Part shown: positions 25,711 through 38,340 of the stretch, piece by piece | Layout of the letters: the number at the start of each line of letters is the position of its first letter | How positions within the stretch are numbered: the first letter of the stretch is position 1 | DNA from: Gnetum montanum | Lineage: Eukaryota; Plantae; Gnetophyta | Assembly (NCBI GenBank): GCA_015680685.1 | Contig: MNCI01002773.1 | Coordinates: 266,010-330,009 of the forward strand | Length of the DNA: 64,000 nucleotides | Direction: 5' to 3' | The notes under the pieces: model-generated | Seen by the model: the letters and a program-made list of their open reading frames with translations, nothing else | What the model was told of the DNA's origin: nothing | Database searches by the model: none | Made by a program: the position numbers and the translations under genes

Positions 25711-25738
25711 GAAGGTTCAAGCTCTCCTTCTAGTGCCA
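25711..25738 (-). promoter_or_regulatory. Primer binding site, tRNA-Asn(GTT) type, element 1
   Basis: Plus strand gaaggttcaagctctccttctagtgcca resembles the plant tRNA-Asn 3' end (GGAGGTTCRA.CCCTCCTTCTAGCGCCA, recalled). It sits 5 nt from the LTR. Confidence 0.8.
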
Positions 25739-25743
25739 AAAAC

Positions 25744-27996
25744 TGTTATGTCTGAAAACGTTGGTGGTTGGAACACCGAGAGGTTATTGGACGTACAACC
25801 TAACGTCGGATGCATGCGAGGGCTATGCTGGAGAAAATGGAAATGGAGTGCCCTAAATGGTCTAGTCAATTAGATAGGGACTTACATAGTGTACAATAAC
25901 CTTTTGCAAACAATGGTTTTAAAATGTGATGTGCGGAGATCAAAACGAAGGAAAACGTAGCATACAGAATAATAAAAGCAGATCAAAGTATCTAACTAAG
26001 CAATAAGCATGAACCGATACACAATGATGCAAAATGTATGCTATAACGAAATGAAAGGAGAACTTGGGTGAGAGAATGCACTACCCCAAAATTGAGGGAT
26101 TCGGCTTTTGTTTAGCTAATGAAGATGTACAACTAATGTGCAGTGTTGGACAACCATAGCTAATAATGGAACGATATGGTCACAGCTCCCGAATTGCTGC
26201 CAATGGCATGTTAACAGGAACCATTGAACCAATCCTTGCTAAATTAAGAACTGCTTCGCTGGGTTGAAGAGAGATCCAGGCAGTGGCACTGTTAGGGTTT
26301 TCTATTCATCAACCTTCTGCTTGCCAACCTCCTTGCCAAAGCCAATTGCTAGAAACCCAATTTCCAAAATGCCAATCTCTAGAAGCCAATCGTAAGAAAG
26401 CCAAATTCAAAAGTCAACCCCTTGAACATTGTTTGCTAAGGTATTTATAGGGCCAACAGTGGGAGAGAGATGTGGTTTGGATGCCACATGTCCTAGGTCC
26501 CACATGGCATGAATTTTGGATGTGCTACACTGACGTGTGGTGCTACGCTACAGGGCTATGCTGAGTGGGATGAGGCTAGAAATGAAACTTGCTGAGCTGT
26601 GACCATATCATTTAGATTGAATGTGCCAAAATCTAGGGAATTGTCAAGTTTTTACAAAAAATTCTCACGACAAATGCAAAGTGGAGACTATGATCCATGA
26701 CTACGACTTCCCCTCTCTTATGAGTAGGGTCAAGCGTAGACAAAATTTTAGGGATCGACAAGTGATGCAAAAACAAAGAAAATTACTGATCTTGTCTATC
26801 AAGGAGATGCTGGAGCAGATATGACCATCACCAATTGAGTTCTAGAACTTCTGGCAATGTCTTGAGGCTTCTTTGTGAGTGTTACACTATCTACGCTGCC
26901 CAGCGTAGCAGCATAGTGTGAACACTTTGCTTGCTACGTTGCGTTATGTTGGTAGAGTAGCGCAACGTAGCACTCCTCCTTTGCATGAATTTTGTCTAGA
27001 TAACTAAGAATATCATTCTAACACCTGGTCAAGCAAGCAACTTCAGCAATTGACAACCCTACTTTTCATGTTGAAAGGTCCTAGGACCTACTGATTTCAT
27101 CCTTGGGACACTTTTGGGCTTTGAGTCCTTGCTACGCTGTGCTATGCTGTGTAGCGTAGCACAACGTAACAGTTAGTTTGGCATGAATTTAAGTTAAAAC
27201 CTACAATGCTTTGGTAGGAGACTTTGATGGAGACTTGAGGGCAAAGTGGGACAAGCAATTTTGGAGGTCGAAGCATGGCCAAGTGCAATTCTTTCGCTAG
27301 AATGGCTTGTTGGAAGATTTTTTTGCATTATCACCCTGCTACTCTATGTAGCATAGCACAACATAGGACCTAGTTTTGCCTGAATTTTGCATTACTCTAC
27401 AAGTGTTCTATTGTGGGATCTTGGCCATGTCCTGAGGCCAAAGTAGAACAAGCATTTTTTCATGGTCAAGGCATGGGCCATTATGTTTACTTCATCAAAA
27501 CAATCTAAGCGGAGATATTGTCACATTAGAATCCTGCTACGCTGTGTAGTGTAGCACAACATAGCACTCAAATGGAGATGATTTCTGATAAAATTTGCCA
27601 CGTTCTCCTACGTCATGCTAATCATGCTTCAAGGATGAAGTGGGGCGAGTATCCTGAAGGAATGAATCCTTGCCAACTGCATCTTTGGCACTTGATCAGT
27701 CTCCACATGGCCTACTATGCTATGCAGCATAGCAGGTTTCACAGTTAGAAAACTTGCCAAACTGTTTAGTCCATCTTGAACACCTTTGACAACTCCTAGC
27801 ATGGTCCCTTCAATGCTCCATTTGTGCTAACTAGCTCTACAACTGGGCACTACATTGACTATGGTGAAGAGTGTAGCAGACACACTCGAACACAACCTTG
27901 TAGGCATTAGGACTTCTAGGGTGTCGAACCATTTGTGCGGTCCATCATGAAATTACACCCAGAGAATCATGATGGCCCAAAATTGATGGTGTTTCA
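25744..27996 (-). repeat. 5' LTR of element 1 (2253 bp)
   Basis: Colinear with 8182-10473 and adjacent to the PBS. Confidence 0.95.
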
Positions 27997-28569
27997 TCAC
28001 TATTTGGCCAAGTCCCATTTTGCCCATTTCAACCCCAATTCAAATACTAGGTAGTACATGTCATAAATATACATGACTTTATGACCTAGAAATGGAAATT
28101 GCTACAATAGCAATATTTCCATCTAACAAATGGATAAAATCAAATTTTCAACCTTTGTACTTGGCCAATGTGCAGTTTCAACATTTAAAAAAGGAAATGA
28201 TTGCATGGAATTCAAGATGGGTAAAACACATAGGAAGCCACTATTTGAAATGGGATAAAATCCATTCAACCCATTTCACTATTCCCCCATTTTGAAAAGA
28301 AACTCACAACAGAATATAATAGCAAATTCCAAAATTGGCCCCCATAGTCTAGAAAAAGGCAATTACAAAATGAAATGGGAAAAAGCCATTTGTTCCAATT
28401 CTCAAATGGGGTAAAACCAATTTTTGCCATTTCATTAAAAGGCCTAAACTAGAGAAAACACATCTTTTCCCATTTCATTAAATGGTGTGAAATGGAAAAA
28501 ACACATTTTATCCCATGTTATTAATAGGACACAAAATGGAGAAAATGTCATTTCTCTCATTCAACAATT

Positions 28570-29732
28570 CTAGCTAGAAGAATAAGTGACTACTACGAGC
28601 TACAAAACCTCATTTGGATGTTCAACTTTAAATGTAAATAATTTGTAGCCTATGGGATATACTAGCACCAGCTCATCTAGGCAAATTAGCCTAGGTTAAT
28701 CATGATCCACAAGGTATGGAGAAAAAGATGAAGGCACTTCTAGATGTCTTTCAACTTTCGATAGTAGTAAGAAGGTAGCCTAAGTCTCTAGAAAAGTAGG
28801 GATGTGATGAAGGATACTCCACACCATAACTACCTTCGCATTTTGGTATAGACTTCATCTCATCTTTATCTATGCAATAGGCACATGCTAATTTTTGCTA
28901 AAAGTGTCCAATTTCTTTGTACATTGCACCAATTTTGTATACATGCAAAATGGCACTCAAAAGTTGTTTTGTTTATTAGAGTTAGTATGTTAGTTTCATA
29001 ATCCCTCAAGTTTTGTAAGAAATTTGATTTTCTTTTGTTCACTTGAGGATGAGTTTTTAGTCAGTCATGGGGGTATGATGAAGTGTCAATAAGTTAATTG
29101 CATTAACACATGATCGTCAATGTTGCCCCATCAACGCATCCTTTTTGATACATTCCTAGATGCATTAGTGCATTTGCATTGATGCTAATCCATCAAAAGC
29201 TCAGATAAGTATGCATACCAATTGTATTTATGATACCTTTGGTCACTCTCTTAGCCAAACTATTGTAGTTTTCTTTTGTAGGACTTAGCAAAATTTCCCT
29301 TTTGAGTGCATACAACATTGATTAAATTGATGAATTTTATTCGAGTGAAATATGTACCTAGACATAGTTTCATGAATGAAAATAAAATTGAGATTTTTTC
29401 TCTCTATTGTAGTACTTGGATTAGCTTAAGTTAACTTTCAAGCATTTTATCTTACATGAACTCTAGTTTCTTGTACTTAAGCATTTAATATTTTATTTTA
29501 TAAGTAATGTAGGTACAACCACTTCAAGTAGAACATAATAATGCTTGATAATCCTAGCAATGAATACTTGGTACGCCCAATAGTAAGCACTTGATAACCT
29601 AGCAATGTTACTACACATTTAGGATGTGTACAAAAAGTGGGAATGGATACTCCACGTTTAGGTTAATTTAGTTATTAATTACTAAAGGTAAATATGTGAA
29701 TAATTCTTCCTTTAATATTTTTACAGACATCA
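28570..29732 (+). mobile_element. 3' end of an Athila-like element: extra-ORF tail, PPT and partial LTR starting at 29076
   Basis: ttttagtcagtcatgggggta|TGATGAAG is the reverse-orientation counterpart of 40225-40252. The upstream peptide remnant and the LTR repeats (cttgataatcctagc / cttggtacgcccaatag) match 40430-40560 and 39655-39725. Right end approximate. Confidence 0.7.
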
Positions 29733-29949
29733 AATGATAAAAATTATAAAAATAAATATCTTACACCTTCACCATATTTAGTCATACAGAAAAAGCTAAC
29801 ACAAGTAATGATTGGGAAGACAACGACCAGTAATCACATGTTTTACTATTTAGGACATATGTTACTTAGGTAGAAGGAGTCCACAGAATTTTATCAAATT
29901 GTGCATACATGCTTGTGATTCATATGATTAGGCCACTACTCATCAATAA

Positions 29950-30400
29950 GCTTACCTCTAATGTAGTCATTAATAGCTTTCTTGAAAATTCCAATAGTTC
30001 ATCATTAGGAAAGTATTGGGTGAGCTCCATTGATGCTAAAGTACATTGAAAGATAAACATAGAAATGGATTTAGTGGATACCTACTTGATGGCTAATAGT
30101 TTCCATAATGTGTCACCACTGCTAATATTATATATGAACCTTTCCACAAAGGTAGTAAAGAGGTGCTTCAAGGAGGTGATAGACCCATGAGGAAGGGCTT
30201 TATAGCATTCCAGTGCTTTGCCTATCAATGAGTTTGAAAAACTATGAAGGATAGTATGAGGATAGCTTGCCAATAACATGTATTTATTACAAAATTAGTA
30301 AATTTAGGTAATGAAACTTTCTTGAGAACTTGGATAGGTGGAATTAAGGGACTAATGGTGTCAATGAGGAGATGAGTAGTGGAAATAATAGGGATTTCCC
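29950..30400 (-). pseudogene. gag: Tat-type gag fragment
   Basis: SLIGKALECYKALPHGSITSLKHLFTTFVERF aligns with element 1 gag SLKGKALEWYYVLPPTSISTLEELLSQFVTHF. Confidence 0.75.
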
Positions 30401-32249
30401 TATGTAATGTTGTGGCTTTTCGTGTCTAATCCTCATTAGCTTACAATTTGGATGATAAGTCTTAAAGTAGGAGCATTAACTTAGGTGGAATAACATGGAT
30501 AGATGACATGGAGGAAACACCAACCTATAGCTCAATTTGTAGAAGAGCCATCTTATGGTATAGGATGGGCACGTTGGGACATTTTTTATATTTTTAGTTA
30601 TTTAATTTAAGAATTGAAGTAAAGAGAATTAATTGGGAATTAACTACTCAACTATCTAATGATCCTTAAGCTTACTAGCCTAACATAAGCATATAAGTCA
30701 AAAAATATCTATTTTATTAAGAAAATACCTCTCTTTTCTTTGTACCTATTTTGACTAACTCTTGAATTCTTTATTCAATTTGAATAGAAATCACTTGATT
30801 CTTTTTTACCTCATCAATTTTAACTGAAGTACCCTGTATCCATTCCTTATTATAGCTAATTTCAATAATCAACTCTTGGAAATTAGGCTGTAGTAAGTAA
30901 GAGTAATCTAAAGCTTTACCTTCTTTGGCCTATTCTAACATAGAGTTCACAGTAGCCAACTTTTCCTCCAGTTGTACACAACTTGCTCTTTGTTTTCTAG
31001 CAACAATTCTTTAATAGTATTCATAGCCTTGAGTTTCTCATTTTTCATGAAAAATTCTTTGAGCTTAGTTATTTGATTATTGGCTACTTTTCCCATATCT
31101 TTAATTAAAACTACTATAGTGCAAACATATCCCTATGGGACATCAGAAGCTTTTAAGCTCCAATTTCAGGATAATCTTTCTTATATAGAAAGATGATACT
31201 CACTTTAGTGTCTAGCTTAGTTAAGAGCTTCTGGTTGATGATGATCCTTCTTTTATCTTGACTTTGATGGACTAAGATGCTTCTTTTATTAAGTAGCCTA
31301 AGGTGAAGTCTAAAGTTATTAAAGCTAATGATGAGCTCTCCCCTTTCTTCTGCTATTACTGTTGTAGCTCTTGGAGTCTTTGTTGCTCAAGCATGTCATG
31401 TTGTTATTGTTGCTACAATTGTTGTTGCTCGAGAAGCTTTTGTTGCTATTTTTCTTTATTAGCCTTTATTCTTTCAATCCTTATTTTTTTGGATGCCTTC
31501 ATACTTGCATACTTAGCTTCATTTGATAAGAATCTTTCATCAGGCATGGCCTCTTCCAGATCTTGTAGCTTCCATGAGAAATAATTTTCTTTCATTAGAG
31601 CTAACTATTCATTAGAAAAATCTCTATCCAAAGGATGATCTCTTCCTTTTATCCACATACATACCTCAATAACTAGTTGATTGCAAGAAGAGGCTAGAAG
31701 CNATCCACATACATACCTCAATAACTAGTTGATTGCAAGAAGAGGCTAGAAGCTTCATAGATAAGCTTCTTTTCAATTATTCTAGTGCTTCTGCCTTGGC
31801 TTGATTTACCTCTTTATTTGTAGCTTTTTGGTAGACCACATCTATCTCATCTAGATAATGAACCTTGTGAGTCTTGGCAATTGACAATATCCTCGTTGAA
31901 GCTAGAGGAAAATCACATTGTTCTTTATATCTCTTAGCCATATCTTTTAGATGCCTTGCATTATTGAATTTTCAAAAGCTGAATTTCAAAGAATAGACTA
32001 CCTTATGCTTGTAATAATGTCTCAATGGTATCTCCCAAATTTTTCTTTCTACTTATAAAGTTGCAAAATATGAAGCTATAAGCCTTGCAATCTTAAAATC
32101 CTATCCCTCAAACCATGTTATCAAAATTTAACTATAACATACATGTAGAAAAATAGCTCCATGGCATTTGCTCCTTATTTCATTAATAATTTATTGAATT
32201 ATCCGTGGTGGGAAGGCTCCTAACATGAACTTAAATAAACAGTGGGAAG

Positions 32250-33092
32250 ATTGGCGGGCTTGATAATGCAAGGAAATGTTTTATCAAATGCTAAAGAGAA
32301 CTTTTGTATCTTGGAGATCGATTATTTCTGCTCATTTGTAGAACCAGCAGAGCGAGGAAGGTTTAAAACTTTATAGATCAATGGTAGAAGCTGGATTCAT
32401 TGCGAACACTGCAACATTCGGAGAGCTTCTCAGAGGCTGTGCCACTTTGCGTTTACTGGAAGAAGGGAAGCAGCTGCATGCTCATGTTGCAAAATCATGT
32501 GCAGAACTGAACTGTTTTTTGGGAAGTTCACTTCTGAGCATGTATGCAGGTTGTGGCTTAATTGAGGATGCTCTGATTGTTTTCAAGATGATTCATACCA
32601 AAACTGTTGAGTCATGGAATGCAATTATCTTGGGATTAGCTTATCATGGGTTAGGATCAAAGGTTCTGGAAATCTTTGCAGATATGCAGAAAGTAAAGGT
32701 GAAACCTAATGACTGTACTTTCAGCTGTGTGATGTTGGCTTGTGTGAATGCTGGGCTTGTCATACAGGGCATATCTATCTTTGAATCTATGGTGCCAAAA
32801 GCAGAGCATTATGCTCTGCTAATTGGCCTCAAGGGACGAGTAGGCAAGATTGAGGAAGTAGCAAGGATTATTAGAAGGGCAAAATGTGAGCCTGTTTCTC
32901 CTCTTTGGAGAGCCTTATTGTGTGCCTGTCGCAGTCATGGAAATGTCAGGATGGGTATAACAGCAGCTGAGAAAATCTTTGAGTTGGATCCAGAAAACCC
33001 AGCAACATATATGCTATTGTCAACCATATATGGTAATCAGGGATTTTTGCATGATGCAAAAAAGTTGAGGGTTGAGGGTATGAAAAAGGGAT
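32250..33092 (+). pseudogene. PLS-class pentatricopeptide repeat protein fragment with E domain
   Basis: L2/S2/P/E motifs (TFGELLRGCA...GKQLHAHV...SLLSMYAGCGLIEDALIVF...SWNAII...EHYALLI...WRALLCACRSHGNV...AAEKIFELDPENPATYMLLSTIY). Upstream there is a frameshift near 32283 and a TAG near 32339; the 3' end is cut at MKK by a retroelement fragment. Confidence 0.9.
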
Positions 33093-33700
33093 ACGAATCC
33101 AAAGAAAAATATCTTTGGGGTCAAATCAATAAGCTTGCTATGTCATATTCATCAAAGAGGAACAGTAATAGATTAAATGATAATTCAAGTAATCCAAAAC
33201 AAAGAACATCCAAATAATAAGAAATCATTAATAATAAGAAATCATTAGGCTCATTCACCAGAAAGATAACCCTTATAAGAAGATTTGTTCCTAAATTCAT
33301 AGAGCTAACTAAACCCTTACTTTTGATCCTGAAGAAACACGTGAAAGTCAGAAAGACTTCAAAGTTAGTAAGAGCATTAGAAAAGATTTAAGAGATAATA
33401 ATAGAAACACCATACTTAGTAAAGCCTAAATTGGAAGAATATTTCTGGCTATATTCTTTCACTTCCAATGATTCAATTACAGCAGTGTTAACTTAGAAAA
33501 GTTGAGAAGGAGAAAATGATATTGAGTGTTATGGTTATTAGTTAAAAGAATCAGAAAATAATTATTCTGAGCTCGAGAAGTAGGTATATGCTATTATTAG
33601 GACCTTAATGCATTTTAAGTATTATCTTCAAACTTCCAAAGTTCATATAGTGATAGTGGAACTGGTTGTAAGGCATATTGCTAAAAAATATGTTAGCTTA
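33093..33700 (+). mobile_element. Gypsy (Tat-like) RT C-terminus and RNase H fragment, strongly AT-drifted
   Basis: NPKKNIFGVKS..LLCHI; RRFVPKFIELTKPLLLILKK; TPYLVKPKLEEYFWLYSFTSNDSITAVLT; ESENNYSELEK*VYAII...HFKYYL. Confidence 0.8.
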
Positions 33701-34665
33701 GAGGTAAAAGTAAACCTATATCACAATTTCAATTCCCTCCCTAAAAAGGAATTTTGAAATTTCTAGGAACAAATGGATGCTTTTGAAATTAAATTCATTA
33801 AGAATTATGTGAATTTTTTAAAATTCAAACAATGTAGTAAGACAAAAAAGAATTTGAAACTGAAGCTAAAACTGAAATAGAAATATTTTCTTTAAGAATT
33901 TTTGTTCACCAAAAGGTATAATGCAGTAGTTATTACACTTATTTCTCATCAGCAGGGCAGTTGTGGGTTCAAGTTGTAGGTTTGATACTCTGCATTTTAT
34001 AGTGTTTTAGTAAAATATCTTTTTGTACTACATAACGATACCCCTGGAAAAAGTTAAACGTAAATTATCCGCGCTTAGAGACTTATTGTTGGGAATAGAC
34101 AACACCAACAGCTTGGTTTTCATATGATGACGGTCTGTTCAGTCTGCCTTTTAAATTTAGAAAAACTTATTTAAAACTATTCCATTTCTGAACTGCATAC
34201 TTGGTCCATCCAACGCTACGGTATACTGCATTTGAAATATGTAAGATATCCAATTAGTACTGTTAGATTTTGTTTAGTCGCAGTAGGAACGCAATGCTGC
34301 ACATTGAGTTCACAATTCATTAAAAGTTTTGGGATAAAGGCTGAACATGAACATATTTTGGAATTAGCATTTACAAATTCTATAGTAACCTTTGAACCGT
34401 ACAAAAGAAAAAAAAATCCAAAATTTGCTTCCTCCGTATAATGTACAATCTGATATCACATAGCAAACCATGTCTCTCAATGACCCTCTTGTACCCACAT
34501 GCCACATCTAATATACACAAGAACAAGGTGCAGCTTCTAGATTTGCAGGACCTGTCACAACCATGAAAGATCAATCTGACCAGGCTTTAACTGTAGCTGA
34601 AACCAGGACACTGCCGGGGCTCAACAGTAATACAATAATTACCATGTATTTTCGAGATAAATCAG

Positions 34666-35430
34666 TCAAAGCATTTCTGGAATCAGCTCTCTATCAAATA
34701 AATAGCAAAACTTCCCATTATATTGCAACCATTCAACACATTGACCCACTGATTTTCTCGAGGAATTTCTCTCCATACAATTTTGAATGGCATTCCCAAG
34801 CTTTGCATCTACATTTTGACACACCCATTGCAGCAAGCTTCCTGAGTTGATGGATGCTGCTTTGGCAAATCTTTCAACTAGCCTTGGTAACTAAACTTTC
34901 TTCTGGTTGTGAACACTTTACAGTTGCTTGAAGGAATTGTCTTTTTGCTCTATCAAGTTCTTCAACCACATTCTTTGCAGTATAGATGTGCACCTATGCA
35001 TAGTATGAAATTCTTATAATGCTGACAAAACAAAAATTGTAAAGTTCCTCTACACGCAAAAACATCGTTAAAAGTTTATATACTGCAAGTATTAAGAAAA
35101 CATCATATGCCAAGTTAGAAATGCTGAACAATGACTCAGGTTCATCCGTATTTGGCTCCTAAAGTACGTTTTTCTTCTCCCATTTTGATCCTTGCTCCAG
35201 TTGAAAGCAGTGTTTCAAGCCAATTAAAATATGCATGTAAAGACAAAAATAGCAGTTAATGCCTCGTACTGCTGCTTTTAACACTGAAGAAATTTAGAAA
35301 CATCTACAAGTGCCATAACAATATAGCTGAGAAAATTTCTTACCTGCACAGGTCGATATGTCCTACAACAAAGAATTAAATGTTCGATTGCCATTGCACT
35401 TATAGAATAACCCCCAATTTTATATGCAGC
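34666..35430 (-). pseudogene. Last three exons of a MIP1 leucine-zipper/DUF547-family gene, unprocessed pseudogene
   Basis: Exon 35344-35430 (AAYKIGGYSISAMAIEHLILCCRTYRPVQ); exon 35084-35222 (WLETLLSTGARIKMGEEK; acceptor AG lost, internal stop); exon 34666-34993 (VHIYTAKNVVEELDRAKRQFLQA, frameshift, KKV*LPRLVERFAK...VEWLQYNGKFCYLF). Confidence 0.85.
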
Positions 35431-36385
35431 CTGGAAATATTTGAGACATGATTAAGCTAAATAAATGAAATAATAACACTAATTCAACAAGAAATATATA
35501 TTTGTGAGGTCTTATACAGGAACTTCACTACTGTTTACATGGTCGAATTTACTGCAGAACAGTCAAAAGCACCAATTTACAGCTCAAATTTGCTACTTGA
35601 AAATTATAAAATTTTTCTGCTTTCTTTTTTGGTTGCCCTGACATAGTGGACATTTTAAGATCGAGACTTAACATTTTGCCAAGACAGAATTTAGGCTCAG
35701 AAAATCATTTAGGATTTACCTGTTAAATTGAGAGATGCCAGTGAATTGAAGAAATCAAATCGTATTTTTGTGAGATGCCACTGAATTCATTTCAAATCAA
35801 ATTTCTGTTAACTGCAGGAATCAAATCAAAATTTCATTACCCATCAAATTTAAATTTAATCACTTATTTTAGATAGGAATCTATCCCCATAAAATGCGCA
35901 TTCTAATTTTAAATGAAAATTTAAAATCAAATAGGATAGGCTCACGAACTTATATGCACCCAAGGGTATAGTGAAGGTGGTCATCAAACTCTAAATTCCA
36001 ACAACCCTAGATCCCAGACACTACATATTTAAATTTAGACAAATGAAATGGAATAGATCTTAGCAATGAACATGATTGTCCACAAAATTCAATGAACATG
36101 GAAGACACTGCATTTTTAAATTTAGATGAAAAAAAAATTGAATCGATGGAAGATACTACATTTTTCAAATAATCAGACCATCCCTTAGATCGGTGGTAAA
36201 GTATTTATTTCCGAAGCTGTACAAGCTCAGGTCCAACCGCCATTTGCTCATCTATAAACCCTATGAGTAATGATTCTTTAATGAGGATGCATAGTTGTTA
36301 TTTTACGTTCCCTGAATTGACCGATATTGACACAATTTGAAAATACTAGCGAACACGTTACCGGTGTTTTTTTGTTTTTTTACGT

Positions 36386-36604
36386 GCATGTCTCTCAAAC
36401 ATAACCAATGGAGAGCAATTTGCCACAGCAAAGCCCAATTTGCTACATGAAAGCCCATGCTGATAAGAATCTACAGTATGAGAAGCCTTTAGTACTCTGG
36501 AGGAACCATGCATGTCTCTGCAACCTAATCAATCAATGGAGAGTAATTTGCCACGCCTAAGCCCATAGCCATCACAATCTACAATAATTTAAGAAGCCTT
36601 TAGT
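36386..36604. repeat. Imperfect two-copy tandem duplication (about 100-120 bp)
   Basis: gcatgtctct...caatggagagYaatttgccac...aatctaca...agaagcctttagt occurs twice. Confidence 0.7.
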
Positions 36605-37175
36605 TTAAAATCAATTGGAAGCCGAATAGGAATCTGCTTGTAGAATTACTGCATTTGAATTTGTTTTTATTTTTATTGATTTTTTAAGTTTAATATATTG
36701 TATATTGTATGCTACCCAAAAACTAAAATTTCTATATTTGATTTTCCACTCTAACTGAGCTCTTGGATGAAAAAAAAAATGGAAAATGCTGCTCCTAACA
36801 TGAGTGCATATAAGTGTTCTCTTTTGTAAATATGTTTTTCTTTCTCCTCCTTTTTGGGGATCGGTGGTTCACACATAGGTTCATAGACAGAGGATTGAGA
36901 TCTTTCGACCTCCTCCCTTAATAATCTATAGAGTTTGAACCTTAATCATTCTAACATGATCAGTTGTGAAAGATGCTAAAAATCAAATGAGTTCCCTAGG
37001 CATTATACTACCATTGTAAAAAATATTCATTTGAATAATAATAAAAATAACCCTTGAGAAAATTTACAAATTTTAACTTCTTGCATATTTTACTTACATT
37101 TGATAGCCTCTAGGATCACAAACAAAGATAAAAATAGTTCTAATATTCCAATTGATAAGGACATCACCCAGCCCA

Positions 37176-37716
37176 TGTAACATCCTCAAACTATGTTTTT
37201 TGTGTGTATTGTTTGAGTCTTAGATGTTTTTGTATTTTTATATTATTCTACATGTCCAAGAAGCAAGAGAAGGCAATTGGAAGTACATCCTATTTGTGAA
37301 ACTTTCAAGAAAAGGTTCAATCTTTTACAGAGCTCTCTATCAAAACATCTTCAGGCTAGTCAAGATGTCTCTAGGTAGGTCAAGATGTCTCATGCGGAAG
37401 TGATTAGCCAAGCAAACTTTGGTGTTGGATTACCTTAACAATTATTTTGTCATGGAGAAGTCACCTCGTCTGTGACTAATCCATGAGTCGTATTTGTGGA
37501 GGAATAGTCCAAAGTCAAAAAGATCATCAAGACATGAAACAATTAAATCTAGATTCAATTGAAAACACCACACTTATGGTTGTCACCCATAAGTAAAATC
37601 AATAATACTTCACCTTAACTTCTAACATTAAGTTCAAAGATGCAATAAGTTAATTAAACCAAATTGAAATTATATTAATTTATCAAAATCATAGAAGTTT
37701 ACAAAGGGATGTTACC
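37176..37716. mobile_element. Probable degenerate LTR
   Basis: Inverted termini TGTAACATCC...GGATGTTAC(C); no TSD found. Confidence 0.45.
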
Positions 37717-37721
37717 TAATT

Positions 37722-38340
37722 CGTGACCCTCCTCTACTGTCTCCACAATGCAACAATTTCACAACCTTAAAACATTGTTGGTTATTAATTGACACAAAGC
37801 CTCAACACTCTTCTTAACAATTGAGTACATAAAATCTAATTTGTTGTGGGTTTGCTCTTCAATATCCATCACCCTCCTTACATTTTGAGATTCTTATTTA
37901 TACTGGGGATGATGTACAAAAATAATCTTTTGAATAATCAATTGATACCAAGGATGTCGATATCAATTGATGAAATCTCGATAGAAGTGGATTACTAATC
38001 CTGTTATCACAATTGTCAATGCTAATTGCCTCCTTCTATATAAAATGATATCCCAAGTTCTTCTTAAGTCTTCTCATGCCAAAATTCAAGGTATCAATCT
38101 ATATCACATCCACTATAGGAATCGATATAACCGCAATCAATCCTCATTGTGCCTACGATTCCTTGTGACATAGAAGCTATAAAGATAAATCCGTTCTTAT
38201 TGATATATACTATTGGAATCAATTATCTTCAGTATATATAAGTACTAAAAAAATAAAAATGCTACTCTAGGATGTTAAAAACTGAACAATTTCGGGGTTC
38301 ATCACAACCCCCAACTAGCCTATGGCTAGTGCTTGGTCAC
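37722..38340 (-). mobile_element. Probable 3' LTR remnant with an Athila-type PPT region
   Basis: ...GGGGTTCATCACA at 38306 is followed by acccccaactagcctatggctag (minus-strand purine tract next to TGTGATG). Left end approximate. Confidence 0.45.

Larger units (their letters stand above)
8182..27996 (-). mobile_element. Full-length Tat-type (aRH-bearing) Ty3/gypsy LTR retrotransposon, element 1 (19.8 kb), decayed
   Basis: Paired LTRs 8182-10473 and 25744-27996 (TGTTATGTC...GTGTTTCA); TSD TCACT at 8177-8181 and 27997-28001; PBS, PPT, gag-PR and RT-RH-aRH-INT all on the minus strand. Confidence 0.95.

Noticed and set aside
25700-25740. tRNA gene or tRNA-derived SINE (GGTTCAA B-box-like)
   Set aside because: Only the tRNA 3' portion including CCA is present, directly beside an LTR. 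It is a PBS.
28002-28560. Dense AAATGG/CCATTT motifs in both orientations, continuing from 7990-8180
   Set aside because: Probably non-coding DNA of an older element split by element 1, but no ends or family could be defined.
31303-31584. Cys-rich 93-aa plus-strand ORF
   Set aside because: Antisense shadow of a Gln/Glu/Lys-rich minus-strand retroelement ORF remnant.
31651-31753. Exact 51-bp direct repeat
   Set aside because: The two copies are separated by one N (31702), typical of an unmerged contig overlap.
32381-33217. 278-aa ORF as an intact PPR gene
   Set aside because: PPR homology continues upstream through a stop and a frameshift, and the C-terminal 40 aa are out-of-frame RT sequence.
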